A stretch of 64,000 bases of DNA from the human T2T-CHM13v2.0 reference genome, Homo sapiens. Below the pieces are notes generated by a model. The model saw nothing but the letters and a program-made list of their open reading frames with translations. It ran no database searches and was not told the origin of the DNA. Positions 28,912-42,432 of the stretch are shown here, one piece after another. The stretch is taken from NCBI RefSeq assembly GCF_009914755.1, contig NC_060935.1, one strand, 5' to 3'. Every line of letters starts with the position of its first letter. The first letter of the stretch is position 1. Both the position numbers and the translations under genes were made by a program.

Positions 28912-30338
28912 AAAATCATATTTTTTAAGAAGAACTATGGTGATCATGCTTAATGAATAAATTTTTACTGACACTTGCAGTTTTACTACTATTATCACTT
29001 TCATCTGTTTAAAAGATAATTAGGTGTCAGTACACAGCATTTCATTATGGAAATCAAAATTATGGGTTTTATGAGGTTTTTTCTTATGAAAGGAGTTTTT
29101 GTACCTGCATGCGATATTTAATTATTATTTTTCGTATTTAACATTATTAGTTTTTTTTTAAATTCAGGTTTTATATTCATGGCTACACTGTATTTTATCA
29201 TTTATTTTCAAATGAAATTGTATCTTAGATTAAGGTTTCATCCTCTACTATGACGTTATCTTATACTTATTTTAATTTTATGGATAGATGTCAGGAACTA
29301 GGGAATAAAGTACTTTCCATCTGTGCAGAACAGTTTGATCTGTAATGAACACAACAAGCAAAGGGGAGTTCTTGGTATTGATGAGCCTGCATTATTTTTC
29401 TGTGGATGCAAGGATATACTTTTTTGCCAGATGAACTGACAGATGACTGTTATATCTGGTGGTACTTTGAAATTCAGCCTCTTAATGAGATGCCCCTTTC
29501 CAACTAATCACTGTCACAGAGGATGGCGCATTACCAAAAGTACGATTCTAGTCATAGCTGGGGAAGATTAATATGTAGTGACAACTGGGAACTCTAGGGG
29601 ACTTTGGGGATAGAGAAGGTTAATTGGAAATGCTGAAATTAATGTTCATTAATTTAATAAACCGAAGAGCCATAGCTTGTTAAAACTAGATTGGATTTCT
29701 TTCATCTAATAATGCCTGTTATTTACTTGAGAAGATTCATTATAGAAATGAAAATGAATGATTTTACAGAACTTAAAAGAGAGAGAAATGGTATCGAAAT
29801 AAGTAAACTTTGTAATCCTTTCTAATTCTAGAATAAATAATTCATATCTACTTAATAACTAATTCCTGGGGCCCCTGATTGTTTTTACAAATTGTGTTTT
29901 GAGTGTCTAATTATTTTACACTATTAAACACATAACAGTGTTTAGCAATAAATTGCATATTCTCAAAATATGCTCCATAAAATACATTTTATAAAACAAG
30001 TTTCTATGGTAAGTAAGTTTGGGAAACGCTAAAAAAAAATTAAAAAGATTTACAACGCTCATTAATATTGATGTAAACTACATTTAACCCCAAGGTTCTC
30101 AGCCTTTTACCATTGAGTATGTTTTCCAAATTATACCTATTGAGAGATGATGTAAATGTGGTTTGGCAAAAGCTGCCCTGAGCTTATAAAACTATCTCAA
30201 ATATTCCTCTTTATCTTGTTTTTTTTAAGATAATTATCTTAGCAGAAAAAGTAGCAGAAACAAATAAAAACTCTCAACAACAAAAAAGCTATAACATGAT
30301 AATACTTTTACTCATTCCTAAGAGAACATACAAGAGAA

Positions 30339-30765
30339 GGTAAAAGTTGTCAGAATTAACTATGTAAAAGACCCTGACAAATAAAGCCAGGGAAGAACAT
30401 GAGGGCAGGGTTCTCATGCACAAATGCCTGATAACAACTATCACTAAAAACTCTGCAAAAATCACAACTTTGCACGAAGGCCACCACAGCATTATGTAAA
30501 AATTATATTCTACGGGAACATCTGCCCAGCAACTACCTGTTCAACCCTGGACTCATACCAGCCTTGCTATTGACTACTGTGTCCAAGGAAAATAACTGCA
30601 ATAATTTTGAAATCCTGCTCATTTTTCTTTTAAACATCTTAGTTTTCCTTTACCTCTTTGAAATGCACATAGTTTATTATGGTACATATATTTCCATTGC
30701 AATGACCATTCACAGGTAAATGTCGTTTTCTTTTAGAGAGTCTGTCTGTGTTATTTAGATCGACA
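30339..30765 (+). mobile_element. ERV1 solo LTR (MER34/MER39 class)
   Basis: gtaaaagttgtcagaat...gttatttagatcgaca resembles recalled consensus. Confidence 0.65.
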
Positions 30766-31266
30766 AAGCTTAGATTTGCCACATGACAAATTTCTATGGG
30801 TTATGCATGTCTTGTTTTTATTTTGATCAAATTAAAGAAAAGAAAAAGAAAACAGTCTTAACAACTCATGTAAAATATTTAATTCATATTTGGTATCAAG
30901 ACCAGCTAATTAAATTCTTACTTTGTTTTTCTTTTTTTAATTTGTCATTTTATGTTTTTAAAGATCAAATGTTATTTTTATTTCCCAATGCCTTTAAAGT
31001 TACTCCGTGTTTCTGGAAACTCTGTTGATACAAGGTCAGCACATGACAAAAGATTCATATCAAGGTCAACTGGGTATGTTCTATCAATTGCAGTGTTATA
31101 AACACATTTTTGTGTCTTATAATACACTTGAAGTTTAGATGTTGTATAAATAATAAGAAATTGAAGTAATTTAGTTTTTCTCAAAATATCACAAATGTTA
31201 TTAAAGAATTCATCTTTGTGCTATCTGTGCAAATTTTTACAATACACTCATATCAATATGTTTATG

Positions 31267-31997
31267 TGTGTCTGGAATTTATTCCTTCCGATGGGTTCTT
31301 GGTCTTGCTGACTTCAAGAATGAAGCTGCGGACCTTCGCAGTGAGTGTTACAGCTCTTAAAGATGCTGAGCCCGGAATTTGTTCCTTCAGATGTTCAGAT
31401 GTGTCTGGAGTTTCTTCTTTCCAGTGGGTTTGTGGTCTCGCTCACTTCAAGAATGAAGCCGCAGACCTTCACAGTGAGTGTTACAGCTCTTAAAGGTGGT
31501 GCAGACCCAAAGAGTGAGCAGCAGGAAGATTTATTGTGAAGAGTGAAAGAACAAAGCTTCCACAGCATGGAAGAGGACCCGAACAGGTTGCCGCTGCTGG
31601 CTGGGGTGGCCAGCTTTTATCCCCTTATTTGTCCCTGCCCACGTCCTGCTGATTGGTCCATTTTACAGAGCACTGGTTGGTCCATTTTACAGAGTGCTGA
31701 TTGGTGCATTTTACAATGCTTTAGCTAGACACAGAGCACTGATTGGTGCATTTTTACAGAGTGCCGATTGGTGCATTTACAATCCTTTAGCTAGTCATGG
31801 AGTGCTGATTGGTGTGTTTTTACAGAGTGCTGATTGGTTCATTTACAATCCTTTAGCTAGTCACAGAGTGCTGACTGGTGCATTTACAATCCCTTAGTCA
31901 TGGAGTGCTGATTGGTGCGTTTACAATCCTCTAGCTAGACAGAAAAGTTCTCGAAGTACCCACTTGACCCAGGAAGTCCAGCTGGCTTCACCTCTTA
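31267..31997 (-). mobile_element. LTR12 (F-like) 3' LTR
   Basis: Homologous to 36617-37218; about 9 CCAAT-type repeat units. Confidence 0.93.
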
Positions 31998-32149
31998 ATA
32001 CACCCTCTAAACAGGACACCCCAACTGCTGTTGGGAATTGGGCAATGACCACTCTAGCTACTTCCTGCTGGATAGAGGTGAAGAAGGTACCCCACAGTTG
32101 TAGTGTCCTCCAGAGAGGAACTCTTTAGGCCAGTCAAAGGGCCAGTGGG

Positions 32150-32630
32150 TCAGTCCAGGGCTCCTCGGTAGAAGTTGTTAGGTGAGCTCATTTGGGATTC
32201 CATTTGTAAGACCATCTGTAGCTTGATGGCCTTGATCCTAGAGGAAACAAATTTGACAAGGAGGTTAAAAATACAGGGCCCAAAGGCGAGTAGTAGCAAG
32301 ATGGCTGTCATGGGACCTAGAAAAGGGAGAAGCCACGTCACCCAACTCCACAGGTTGGTATAAGAGAAAAGCATTGCCTGATTTCAGAAGCCTTTTCCTG
32401 TAAATGCCAGGCGGTGTCTCCTACTATCCCTGACTGGTTACTGTAAAAGCAACACTCATCCCCTAAGAAGGTGCAATGTCCTCCTTTCTCAGCAGTGAGG
32501 AAGTCTAGGCCTCAGCGGTTTTGGAGAGTCATTGCTGCCAAAGGGTCTATTTGGGATTGTAGAGTAAGGATAGATTTTGTTATTTCTTGCAAACTATCTG
32601 AGAAATCCTTTGAGAGTGTGTGGTAGTAGG
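32150..32630 (-). pseudogene. env: ERV9 env TM remnant
   Basis: LLPFLGPMTAILLLLAFGPCIFNLLVKFVSSRI (ORF 32150-32374); LQNR-type ISD near 32510-32530. Confidence 0.88.
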
Positions 32631-33224
32631 ATAATACATGTTACACTGTTAACTTTTAGCAAACTTTACTTTTGTTGAAAACCTTGTAAGTTTGGGATTT
32701 CAATTATTCTTTGCTATTAATAAGACCTCGTTCAGTCCATATTAACTTAAAATTGGTATAGATGGCTCCTCCCTGATTCTGTAAGTACTTTAAGGCTTGG
32801 CTGAGTGCAAACAGCTTGCACGTTTGAGCAAACCAATTATTAGGCAATTTTCCTAACTGCTTCTACAAGAATTCCCTTACCACTCACTGAATACCCATTG
32901 TGTCTTTTTCCCTTAATCACCTAGGAGGAATCATCTGTCCTCCTGTCCTGAAGGGAGTTGCTCCTAGGTCCGGTCAGACCTTTGCATGGTAATCAACTAA
33001 GATCTAGATCACCTGTTAGGAAACCTGCTGTGTTAAGGATTTTGGACAGGAAGGCTACGTGTTGTCAGTGGCCTCAGTGCTTTCTGGCTCTGCCCTTGTT
33101 TACACTGACAACAAGGTGGTATTGGAGTATTATAGAATCATGGAGAAGACCTTCAATTATCAATTATAGGTTTTAAATTTACCCTGGCTTTTAAAGGAAT
33201 AGGGTACACTGTTTTTTCTTTACT

Positions 33225-33420
33225 ACTCCTGTCTTTCTCTCTCTCTTTGACTCCTGCTTTGTCTCTGTCTCTTCCTCTCTTTCCATCTCTCTTTGACTTT
33301 CTGTCTCTGTCTCTCTCTTTGACTCCTTGTCTCTGTCTCTTCCTCTCTCTATCTCCTTCTCTTTGACTTCCTGTCTTTCTCTTTCTCTCTTTCTCTCTCT
33401 TTTCTTTGTCGCTCTGCTGG
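33225..33420. repeat. CT/AG-rich low-complexity tract inside ERV9
   Basis: Direct reading. Confidence 0.85.
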
Positions 33421-33434
33421 TCTTTCCCTGCTTC

Positions 33435-33831
33435 TGGCAGCCGCTTATGCTGCTGTTGCCAACTCCTTGGGATTTTGCACTGTGTGCAATAACTCCATGG
33501 TTTCCTTGTGATATTTAATGGGGGTTCCCCCAGAGGTTAGGAACTTCCTTTCTTTCCACATTACAGCATGGGCATATAGGATTAGATAAGCATACTTACT
33601 ATCTGTAGCAAAGTCTCCCAATTACAACTGAGGAGGTGGGAGAGATACCTGGCTACAGTCTGTCCCAGGATTCCTCGGATAGTTAATCTCCTCTCCTGTC
33701 TAGGAGAGGAGATTAACGCCGAGAAGGTGTGCCAGTGTCCAGGAGGAAGTCAATTTCCTGGCCTTCAATGCTTAAACGTATGGGGGCTCAGTGAGGGTGA
33801 TGACATGAGCTGGCACTTGTCCTGGGCACCC
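33435..33831 (-). pseudogene. pol: ERV9 protease fused to RNase H remnant (RT deleted)
   Basis: FLLDTG motif after the gag stop; NWETLL joined to TDSKYAY near 33608. Confidence 0.8.
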
Positions 33832-35290
33832 TCAGTCCTGTTGTTGGGTCATCTGGTTGGGGGCTTCTGGCCCAGAGAACCTTTGTCCTCTGGGGCAGTA
33901 TGCCTTCCAGTGATTGCCTCGGCATAGTGGACATGGGCGAGGGGGCAGCTTGTTTCTTGTTGGACAATCTTCTTTAAAGTGTCCTTGCAAACCACACAGA
34001 TAACAAGCCCTACTGGGAGATTGGCCTGCTCCATTTTCTGTCCTCTCTGAACCACCAGAGTTTGTTTGTCTGAGGGCCATGACTAATGCTGTGGCCTTTC
34101 TCTGATCTGGTTTTTCCTTTTCAGCCTGTTCCTCTTGGTCCCTATTATAGAACACTGATGTTGCCAGGTTTAGTAATGCCTCCAGATTTTGTTCAGGGCT
34201 GAGGGCTAGCTTTTGGTTTCTCCTGATATCTGAGGCTGATTGGGTAATAAACTTATCTTTTGGGATCAATTGACCCTCTAGTGAGTTGGGTGATGGGGAG
34301 TATATTTCCTTAAGGCCTTCTGTAGCCACTCAAGGAAGGCAGAAGGATTTTCTTCCTTTCCTTGAGTTACGGTGGACATCATTGAATAATTCATGGGCTT
34401 TTTCCTAATTCTCTTTAGTCCTTCTAGAACACAGGTCAACAGATGTTTGCAACTCCAGTCCCCATGATCTGAGTTGAGGTCCCAGTGCAGATCCATACGG
34501 GGGACAGCTTGCTGACCAATAGGGAATTTGTCCCTTTCTTCGGCTGTCATTCTATCATTTACTTTGCTAAGATACCAGATATCTCCAAACTCTTGGGCTG
34601 CAGCTAAAGCCGCATTCTTTTCATTAAAGGCCAGGGTTTGATCTAACAATAGCGTGACAACTCTCCAAGTGAAATCAAAGGTTTTTGCCAGACCCTGTAG
34701 GACATCTATATACCTATCAGGATCATCTGAAAGCTTCCCCAGGTCTCCCTTGATCTGCTTTAAATCAGAGAGGGAGAAGGGGACATGTACTTGGGTTGGG
34801 CCAAATTCCCCTCCCCCTACAGCTGGAAGGGGACATAACCAATAGCCCGGGGGTTTTTGTGGTCCTTTGGAGATTTCTTTGCTTGTTTCCTTCTAGGCAG
34901 GGGAGATTAGAGGAGGCTTATCATTAATAGGAAGGGGAGCTATAGGGAGGCTAGGATATGGGGGTAAGCTGAGAGGTCCTCCTGTGGGATGTAAATTGCA
35001 AGCTTTGCATAGTTGTGGATTCTCCTTCAATGAAAAGAAAGTTTGGACATAAGGTATTTCACTCCGTTTGCCTTTCTGCTTACAGAAAAGGTCAAGCTGC
35101 AAGCTAGTATTGTAATTTATACTTCCCTCAGGTGGCCATTTTTTCCCATCAGAGACAGAATATTGGGGCCAGGCTATATTGCAGAAAAAAATGAGTTGCT
35201 TCTTTTTCAGGGTTTGCAGGTCAGATTGGTCCCAATGGCTTAGGATGCATTTCAAGGGTGAGCCTGTTGATGGCTGAGTGTTTCCCACAT
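33832..35290 (-). pseudogene. gag: ERV9 gag, frameshifted
   Basis: GNTQPSTGSPLKCILSHW N-terminus; major homology region QGKEENPSAFLE; CCHC knuckle CYLCGLQGHFKEDC. Confidence 0.92.
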
Positions 35291-35335
35291 GAAAGAAAAA
35301 ACTGCCTGCAGTTTTGGTTTGTTTTGTTTCTCTCC

Positions 35336-35645
35336 TGCCCAAGAACCTGCAACGGTCCCTGGACCCTGCTGATCAGAATAGTTGCACTCACCAACACAGC
35401 AGCAGAAACAACCCCTGCCCAAGAACCTGCAACAGTCCCTGGACCCTGCTGATCAGAATAGTTGCACTCATCAACACAGCAGCAGATCCCCCTCTTGCCC
35501 AAGAACTTGCAATGGTCCCTGGACCCTGCTGATCAGAATAGTTGCACTCATCAGTGCAGCAGCAGATCCCCCTCTTGCCCAAGAACCCACAACAGTCCCT
35601 GGACCCTGCTGATTGGAATAGTTGCACTCACCGATGCAGCAGCAG
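35336..35645. repeat. 4 x 80-bp tandem repeat in ERV9 leader
   Basis: aagaac at 35341, 35421, 35501 and 35581. Confidence 0.96.
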
Positions 35646-36595
35646 TAACACTAGTTTTCCTCCTAGACTGCAAGGAGGACCAAGGAAGGTCGGATTTAGT
35701 GGCCCTTACTGATGTATTCTTGAAAACCTGTTAGAGTCCTAAGCATTCTCCTGTTAGTACTGGGACCTTACTCTTGTCCTATAAAGATGTTATGTCCCAA
35801 AAATGAAGTGGAAGGCCATACCCTGAGGGAAGGAAGTGATCTTCAGGGTTGGAAGAATGATGCCTTTTGTCCTCACTTGTATAGGAAGGATATCATTTCT
35901 GAAGCTCCCCATATCCTAGCTTCAGGAATAGCTTTTGTTAGGCCTGCTTGTCTGAGGAGGAATCCTAAAATTCCAGGTAGTCCCCCACCCTGATGGGGCT
36001 TTGGGCAAAAATTATGTCTTTCTGATTGGTGAGCCCGGGTACCTAAAGAAGGGAATAGAGTCCTGGAGTTTATACTAGAAATCATTCTTATAGGAGAAAT
36101 GAGAAAAGCACCAGAGACAGGGAGTGGTTTCTAGAAGCGGAACTAGCCGCTTCTAGTAGTTGGAGAAGAGAGGGGAGAGGAAGTTTGTCTGACAGGCATT
36201 AGGACCCAGGGGCAATCAGGACAGATGGGCGAGTCTTGCTTGGGCAATGTGACTTTGAGAGTTCCACTTATGGCCGCAGGATCTACCGAGTTGTTGTCGG
36301 GACCCCGGAGCTGAATTGCTTTCCTTTCTGTTGACCCTCATCTCAGCCCAGAAATACAGGAAAAGCAGAAGCTGGTTCCAGGCAAACCAATGCTCCCAAC
36401 TCCAAAGAGTCAGGGTTGTTAGAGAGCCCTTTCCCAGAAAGCCTGACACCCATGTCTTTAGTCTGGTGGCTGTGCTAGTCACTTTTAACTGGCCAAAAGG
36501 TGCCCAGTGTTTAGCCCCCGAATTCTAAGGAAAAGTAGGGCAGAATAGCGAGTGAAAGGGGTCCAATGGTACTCACTGCTTGGTGATAGGTGATA

Positions 36596-36613
36596 GTCCC
36601 TTCGTGGTTGCCA
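36596..36613 (-). promoter_or_regulatory. Primer binding site (tRNA-Arg type)
   Basis: Minus strand TGGCAACCACGAAGGGAC immediately after the 5' LTR. Confidence 0.8.
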
Positions 36614-36616
36614 AAA

Positions 36617-37218
36617 TGTGTCTGGAATTTATTCCTTCCGGTGGGTTCTTCGTCTTGCTGACTTCAAGAATGAAGCTGCAGATCTTCATGGTGAGAGTTA
36701 CAGCTCTTAAACATGGTGTGTCCAGAGTTTGTTCCTTCAGATGTTCAGATGTGTCTGCGGTTTCTTCCTTCTGGTGGGTTCATGGTCTCACTGACTTCAG
36801 GAATGAAGCCGTGGACCTTCACAGTGAGTGTTACAGCTCTTAAAGGTGGTGCCGACCCAAAGAGTGAGCAGCAGCAAGATATACTGTGAAGAGCTAAAGA
36901 ACAAAGCTTCCACAGCATGCAAGGGGACCCAAGCAGGTTGCTGCTGCTGGCTGGGGTGGCCAGCATTTATTCCGTTATTTGTCCCCGCCCACATCCTGCT
37001 GTTGGGTCCATTTTACAAAGTGCTGATTGGTCCATTTTACAATCCTTTAGCTAGACACAGCGCTGACTGGTGCATTTTTACAGAGTGCTGATTGGTGCAT
37101 TTACAATCCTTTAGCTAGACACAGAGTGCTGATTGGTGTTTTTACAATACTCTAGGTAGATAGAAAAGTTCTCCAAGTCCCCACTCAACCCAGGAAGTCC
37201 AGCTGGCTTCACCTCTCA
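36617..37218 (-). mobile_element. LTR12 (F-like) 5' LTR
   Basis: Minus strand TGAGAGGTGAAGCC...GACACA; about 5 CCAAT-type units. Confidence 0.93.
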
Positions 37219-37367
37219 TATGTGCCTATTTTTGAACTCTCTAGACTCTTGTTTTTATTTTCTACTTATTTATCTAGTCCTGTAGCAATATACATGGTAT
37301 TATTATCATACATTAATAGATGCTTTGGCATTTCAATAGAAAAACAACTCCCATATCTTTGTTCTTA

Positions 37368-37762
<395 letters not shown>

Positions 37763-38882
37763 AGATTTGTTCTCTGCAAATTTAAAGTATAAAACACATT
37801 ATTATTAACTATAGTCACCGTGCTATAAATTAGCTCTCCAGAACTTACTCATTTTACAAATGGTAGTCTACAACTGTTTATGAACATCTGCTCATTTCCC
37901 CAACACCTGACTTCTGGTAAACACCTTATACTCTCTGTTTCTGTGGGTTTGAGGTGTTTTTTTTGGATTCCAAATACAAGTGAGATAATGCAATATTTGT
38001 CTTTCTGTATCTTGCTTATTTCACTTAGCATAACATTCTCCTGGCTTATCTGTGTTGTTGCAACTGGCAGAATTTTCTCCCCTTTTTATAGCTGAATAAT
38101 ATGCTATGTATGCATGATACATATTTTTTACATTTTCTCTATCCATTTATATGCCAGTGGACAAAAGTTGACTTCATATCTAGGCTACTATGAATAATAC
38201 TGCAATAAACAAGAGAATGAAGATTTCTCTTCGACATACTTATCATTTCATTTTGATATATACCCAGTAGTAGGAGCGCTGGATCATATGGTGGTTTTTA
38301 ATTTTTTGAGGAACCTTTATATTGTTCTTCCATAATGGATGTACCAATAGCCACTTCCAATCCACAATATAGAAGGATTTCCTTTTCTCCACATCCTTGA
38401 CAACACTTGCTATCTTTTGACTTTCTGATAGTAACCGTCATAACAGATGCACAGTGATGTCTCATTGTGAGTTATGTTGGCATTTTCCTGATGATTAGTG
38501 ATGTCGACCACCTGTTTATTGCCCTGTTAACTATTCATATGTTGTCTTTGAAAAAATATCTCTTCAGGTCCTTTGCACATTTTTTAATCAGGTTATGGGT
38601 TTTTTTTTAGCTATTGAGTTTTTTGGCTATGTATTTTGCATATCAACTCCTTATCAGGTATATAATTTGCAAATATTTTCTCCTATTCTATAGGTTGCCT
38701 TTTCATTTTTTTAAATTATTTGCTCTACAGAATCATTTTAGTTTCATATAGTCCTACTGTTTATTGTAGCTTTTGCTGCTTATGCTTTTGGTGTCATATT
38801 CAAAAAGTCATTGCCAAGAACAATTTTATGTAGTATTTCCTCTATGTTTTCTTCTAAGAGTTTTAAAGTTTCAGGTCTTGTT

Positions 38883-40185
38883 CTTACCTCATACCACTTA
38901 CAAAAATTAACTCAAAATGGATTAAAGACTTAAGGGTAAGATTTGAAACTGTAAAACTACTAGAACAAAACATAGGGGCAAAGCTCCATCAGATAAATCT
39001 TGGAAAATTATTTTTTGTGAATCTCAAAGCATAGGGAACAAAAGTGAAAACAAACAAAGGGGTTGCATCACACTAAAAGGTTTCTGCACAGCAAAGGAAA
39101 CAATCACCAGAGTTAAGAAACAAGTTACAGAATAGAAAAAAATGTTTGTAAGCCATACATCTGATAAAGAGTTAATATCCAAAATATATAAGAAACCCAG
39201 ACAACTCAGTGATAAGAAAACAACCTAATTAAAAGAAATGGGCAAAGCACCTAATAGATATTTCTCAAAAGAAAACACAAATGGCCAACTGGTATATGAA
39301 AAAATGCTCAACATCACTAATTATCAGGGAAATGCAAATGAAAAAAACAATGAGATAGCACTTCGCACCTGTTGAAATGGCTATCATTAAACAGATAAAA
39401 GGTAACACGTGTTGTTGATGTGGAGAAATGTAAATCCTTTTACACTGTTCTTGGGAATGAAAATTGGTACAGCCATCATGGAAAATGGTATGAGGTTTTT
39501 CAAAAAAAATTAAAAATAACACTACCACAGGATCTGGAAATCCCACTAATGTGTATTAACCTAGAGAAACTTAAATTACTATGTTAGAGGGTTTTGCATT
39601 CTTATGTTCATTGCAGCGAAAAGTTAAGATAAGTAATCAACCCAAGTATTCATTAGTGAATAAATGGATGAAGAAAATGTGGTACATATACACAATAGAA
39701 AAATTATAGCCTTAAAAAAGAAGGAAATTATGTCATTTACAACATGCATGAGCCTGTAGGACATTATTTTAATTAAAATGATTCAGGCACAGAAAGACAA
39801 ATATGGCATGATCTCACTTATATGTGGAACCTAAAATCTTAAACTGGGAAACAGAGTATAATGGTTGTTCCCAGGGGTAGACTGTGGTATTAGGGAGATT
39901 AGTGAAAAAAACCCAGAAAATTTTAGTTAGATAGGAGGAATAAGTTTAAGAGATATGTAATGCTTCAATATTTTTTAATCTTATCCATTTTATTTCAACA
40001 TGGCAACTATATTTAATAACAATGTATTCTTGATAGTCACAAACAGAGTATATTTTAAATGATCTTACTGAAAAAAGAAATATGTGAGGTGATACCTATG
40101 TAATTAACTAAATCCAGCAATTCCACAATGTATACATATTTCAAAACATAATGTCCACAATAAATGTATAGAATTTTTATTAAAT
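38883..40185 (+). mobile_element. L1MA-like 3' fragment nested in opposite orientation
   Basis: Strand switches at about 38881; host L1 resumes collinearly at about 40190. Confidence 0.8.
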
Positions 40186-41325
40186 ATAATTCTCAGTTCT
40201 TAGATTCAATTCTTCAGTCCATTTGTAGTTAATTTTTTATGGTGCAAGATAAGGATCTAATTCTATATTTTTTGGCATTTGGATATCCAGTTTTCCTAAA
40301 ACCATTTATTGAAGAAATTGTTATTTCTCCATTATGTATTTGTGACAGCTTTATCAAAGATTAGTTTGCCAATATGGGGGGCTTATTTATTGGCTTTCTA
40401 TTGTGTTCCGCTGGTCTGTGTGTCCATTTTTATGCCAATACCATACTGATTTGATTACTATAGCTTTGTAATATAGTTTGAAATCAGAAAGCCATATTTC
40501 TCCAGCTTGGTTCTTCTTACTCAAGATTGCTTTAGTTATTTAGGGCTTCAGTTATTTAGTTATTCTGGTTCCATATAAATTTTAGGATTGATTTTTCTAT
40601 TTCTGAGAAAACTATCATTGGAATTTTGATAGGAATTGCATTCAATATGTAGACTGCTTTAGGTAATATGGCTATTTTGATAATATTAATTCCTTTAATC
40701 CATGAACACAGAATATATTTCCACTTATTTATGCCATCTTTAATTTCTAAAATTAATGTTTTATAGGTTTCTGTTTATAAATTTTTCACCTCCTTGGGTA
40801 AATATATTTTCAAATATTTTATTTTATTTTTTCATAGCTGTTGTAAATGGAATTGTTTACTTAGTTTCTTTTTTTATTGTTCATTAATAGCATATAGATA
40901 TGTAACTGATTTTTACGTGTTTATTTTGTATTCTGCTACCTTAATGAATTAGTTAATTAGTTCCAAGAGATTTTTTGGTGGAGTTTTCGGGGATTTCAAT
41001 ATAGCAGATCATGTCATCTGCAAACAGAGACAATTTAACTTTTCCTTTCAGATATGGATGCCTTTTACTTATTTCTCTTGCCTAATTGCTCTGACTAGCA
41101 CTACAAGTCATATGTCGAATAGAAGTGCCAAGAGTTGCCCTCCTTGCCTTGTTCCCGATCACTGCCGAGTACATTAGCTATGGGTTTGACTCATATAACT
41201 TTTATTGGATTGGGATACATTTCTTTTATAGCTAATTTTTGAAAGTTTTTTCTTTTATGAAAGAATGTTGATTTTTTCAAACGCTTTTTCTGATCTAATG
41301 AGATGACTATATGATTATTCTTCTT

Positions 41326-41443
41326 CATTTTTGTTTGTTTTTTGAGACGGGGTCTCACTTTGTTGCCCAGGCTGCAGTGCAGTGTCCTCCCACTTCAGTC
41401 TCCTGAGTAGCTGGGATTACAGATGTAAGCCACTGTGCTCAGG
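41326..41443 (-). mobile_element. FLAM/FAM Alu monomer
   Basis: Monomeric Alu; TSD ttattcttctt at 41315-41325 and 41444-41454. Confidence 0.85.
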
Positions 41444-42212
41444 TTATTCTTCTTTCTGTTTATGTGGTATAACACATTTATTGATTTATGTTGAACCATC
41501 CTTGCATTTCAGAGATAAATCACACTTAACTGTGGTAAATGATCCCTTTTCACATGCTTTGAATTTGGTTTGCTAGTATTTTGTTGGTTATTTTTGCATT
41601 TATGTTCATCTGGGATATTGGCTTATAGCTCTTTTTTTTCTTATAGTGTCTTTGTCTGGCTTTAGAATTAGGGTAATGCTGGTGTTATAAAATGAGTTTG
41701 AAAGTATTTTTTGCTTAAGTTTTTGGAAGACTTTCAAAAGATTTGTGTTTATTTTTAAAATTTTTGGTCTGAGCTCTTCTTTGTTGGAATGTTTTTGATT
41801 AGTGGTTCAATATCCTTAATCATTATTTGTCTATTCAGATGATCAATTTCTTCATGTTTCAGTCTTGGTAAGTTGTTTGTATCTAGGAGTTTATTTATTT
41901 ATTTTAGGTTATACAATTTTTTGGTGTATAATTGTTTATAATAATTTCTTATGATCCTTTGTATTTCTATGGTACTGTGGTAATATCTCATCTTTCATTT
42001 CTGATTTTATTTATTTGAATCTTCTCTATTTTTTCTTAGCTGATCCATTTGATTTCAAAAAATACTTAATTTTATCTCTTTTGTTGTTTTCCTAGTCTCT
42101 GCTTCATTTACTTCTGCTTTAACTTTTGTTATTTCCTTTTTTTCTGCTAACATTAAGCTTAGTTTTTTTTCCTTTTCTAGTTCCTTGAGGTATGAACATA
42201 GGTTATTTATTT

Positions 42213-42432
42213 CAGGGGTCCCAAACACCTGGGCCACGGACCAGCATTAGAGTCTCATAGGAGGGGCAAACTCTGTTGTGAACTCTGCATGCAAGGGATC
42301 TAGGTTGCACACTCCTATGAGAATCTAATGCCTGAGGTGGAACAGTTTCATCCCAAAACCATCCCTGCAGATCGTGGAATAACTGTCTTTCATGAAACTG
42401 GTCCCTGGTGCTAAAAGGGTTGGAGACTGCTG
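42213..42432. mobile_element. MER1-type element, internally deleted
   Basis: TIRs caggggtcccaa...ttggagactgctg; 8-bp TSD [a/g]tttattt. Confidence 0.88.

Larger units (their letters stand above)
31267..37218 (-). mobile_element. ERV9 (HERV9/LTR12) provirus, internally deleted
   Basis: Two LTRs; TSD tatg at 31263-31266 and 37219-37222; Arg-type PBS; gag, pro, RNase H and env remnants. Confidence 0.95.

Noticed and set aside
33590-33625. Protease-RNase H junction as a novel deletion
   Set aside because: I recall this RT-less junction in other non-autonomous ERV9 copies, so it is probably inherited
35336-35645. CRISPR-like array
   Set aside because: Whole units repeat with no unique spacers; primate ERV context
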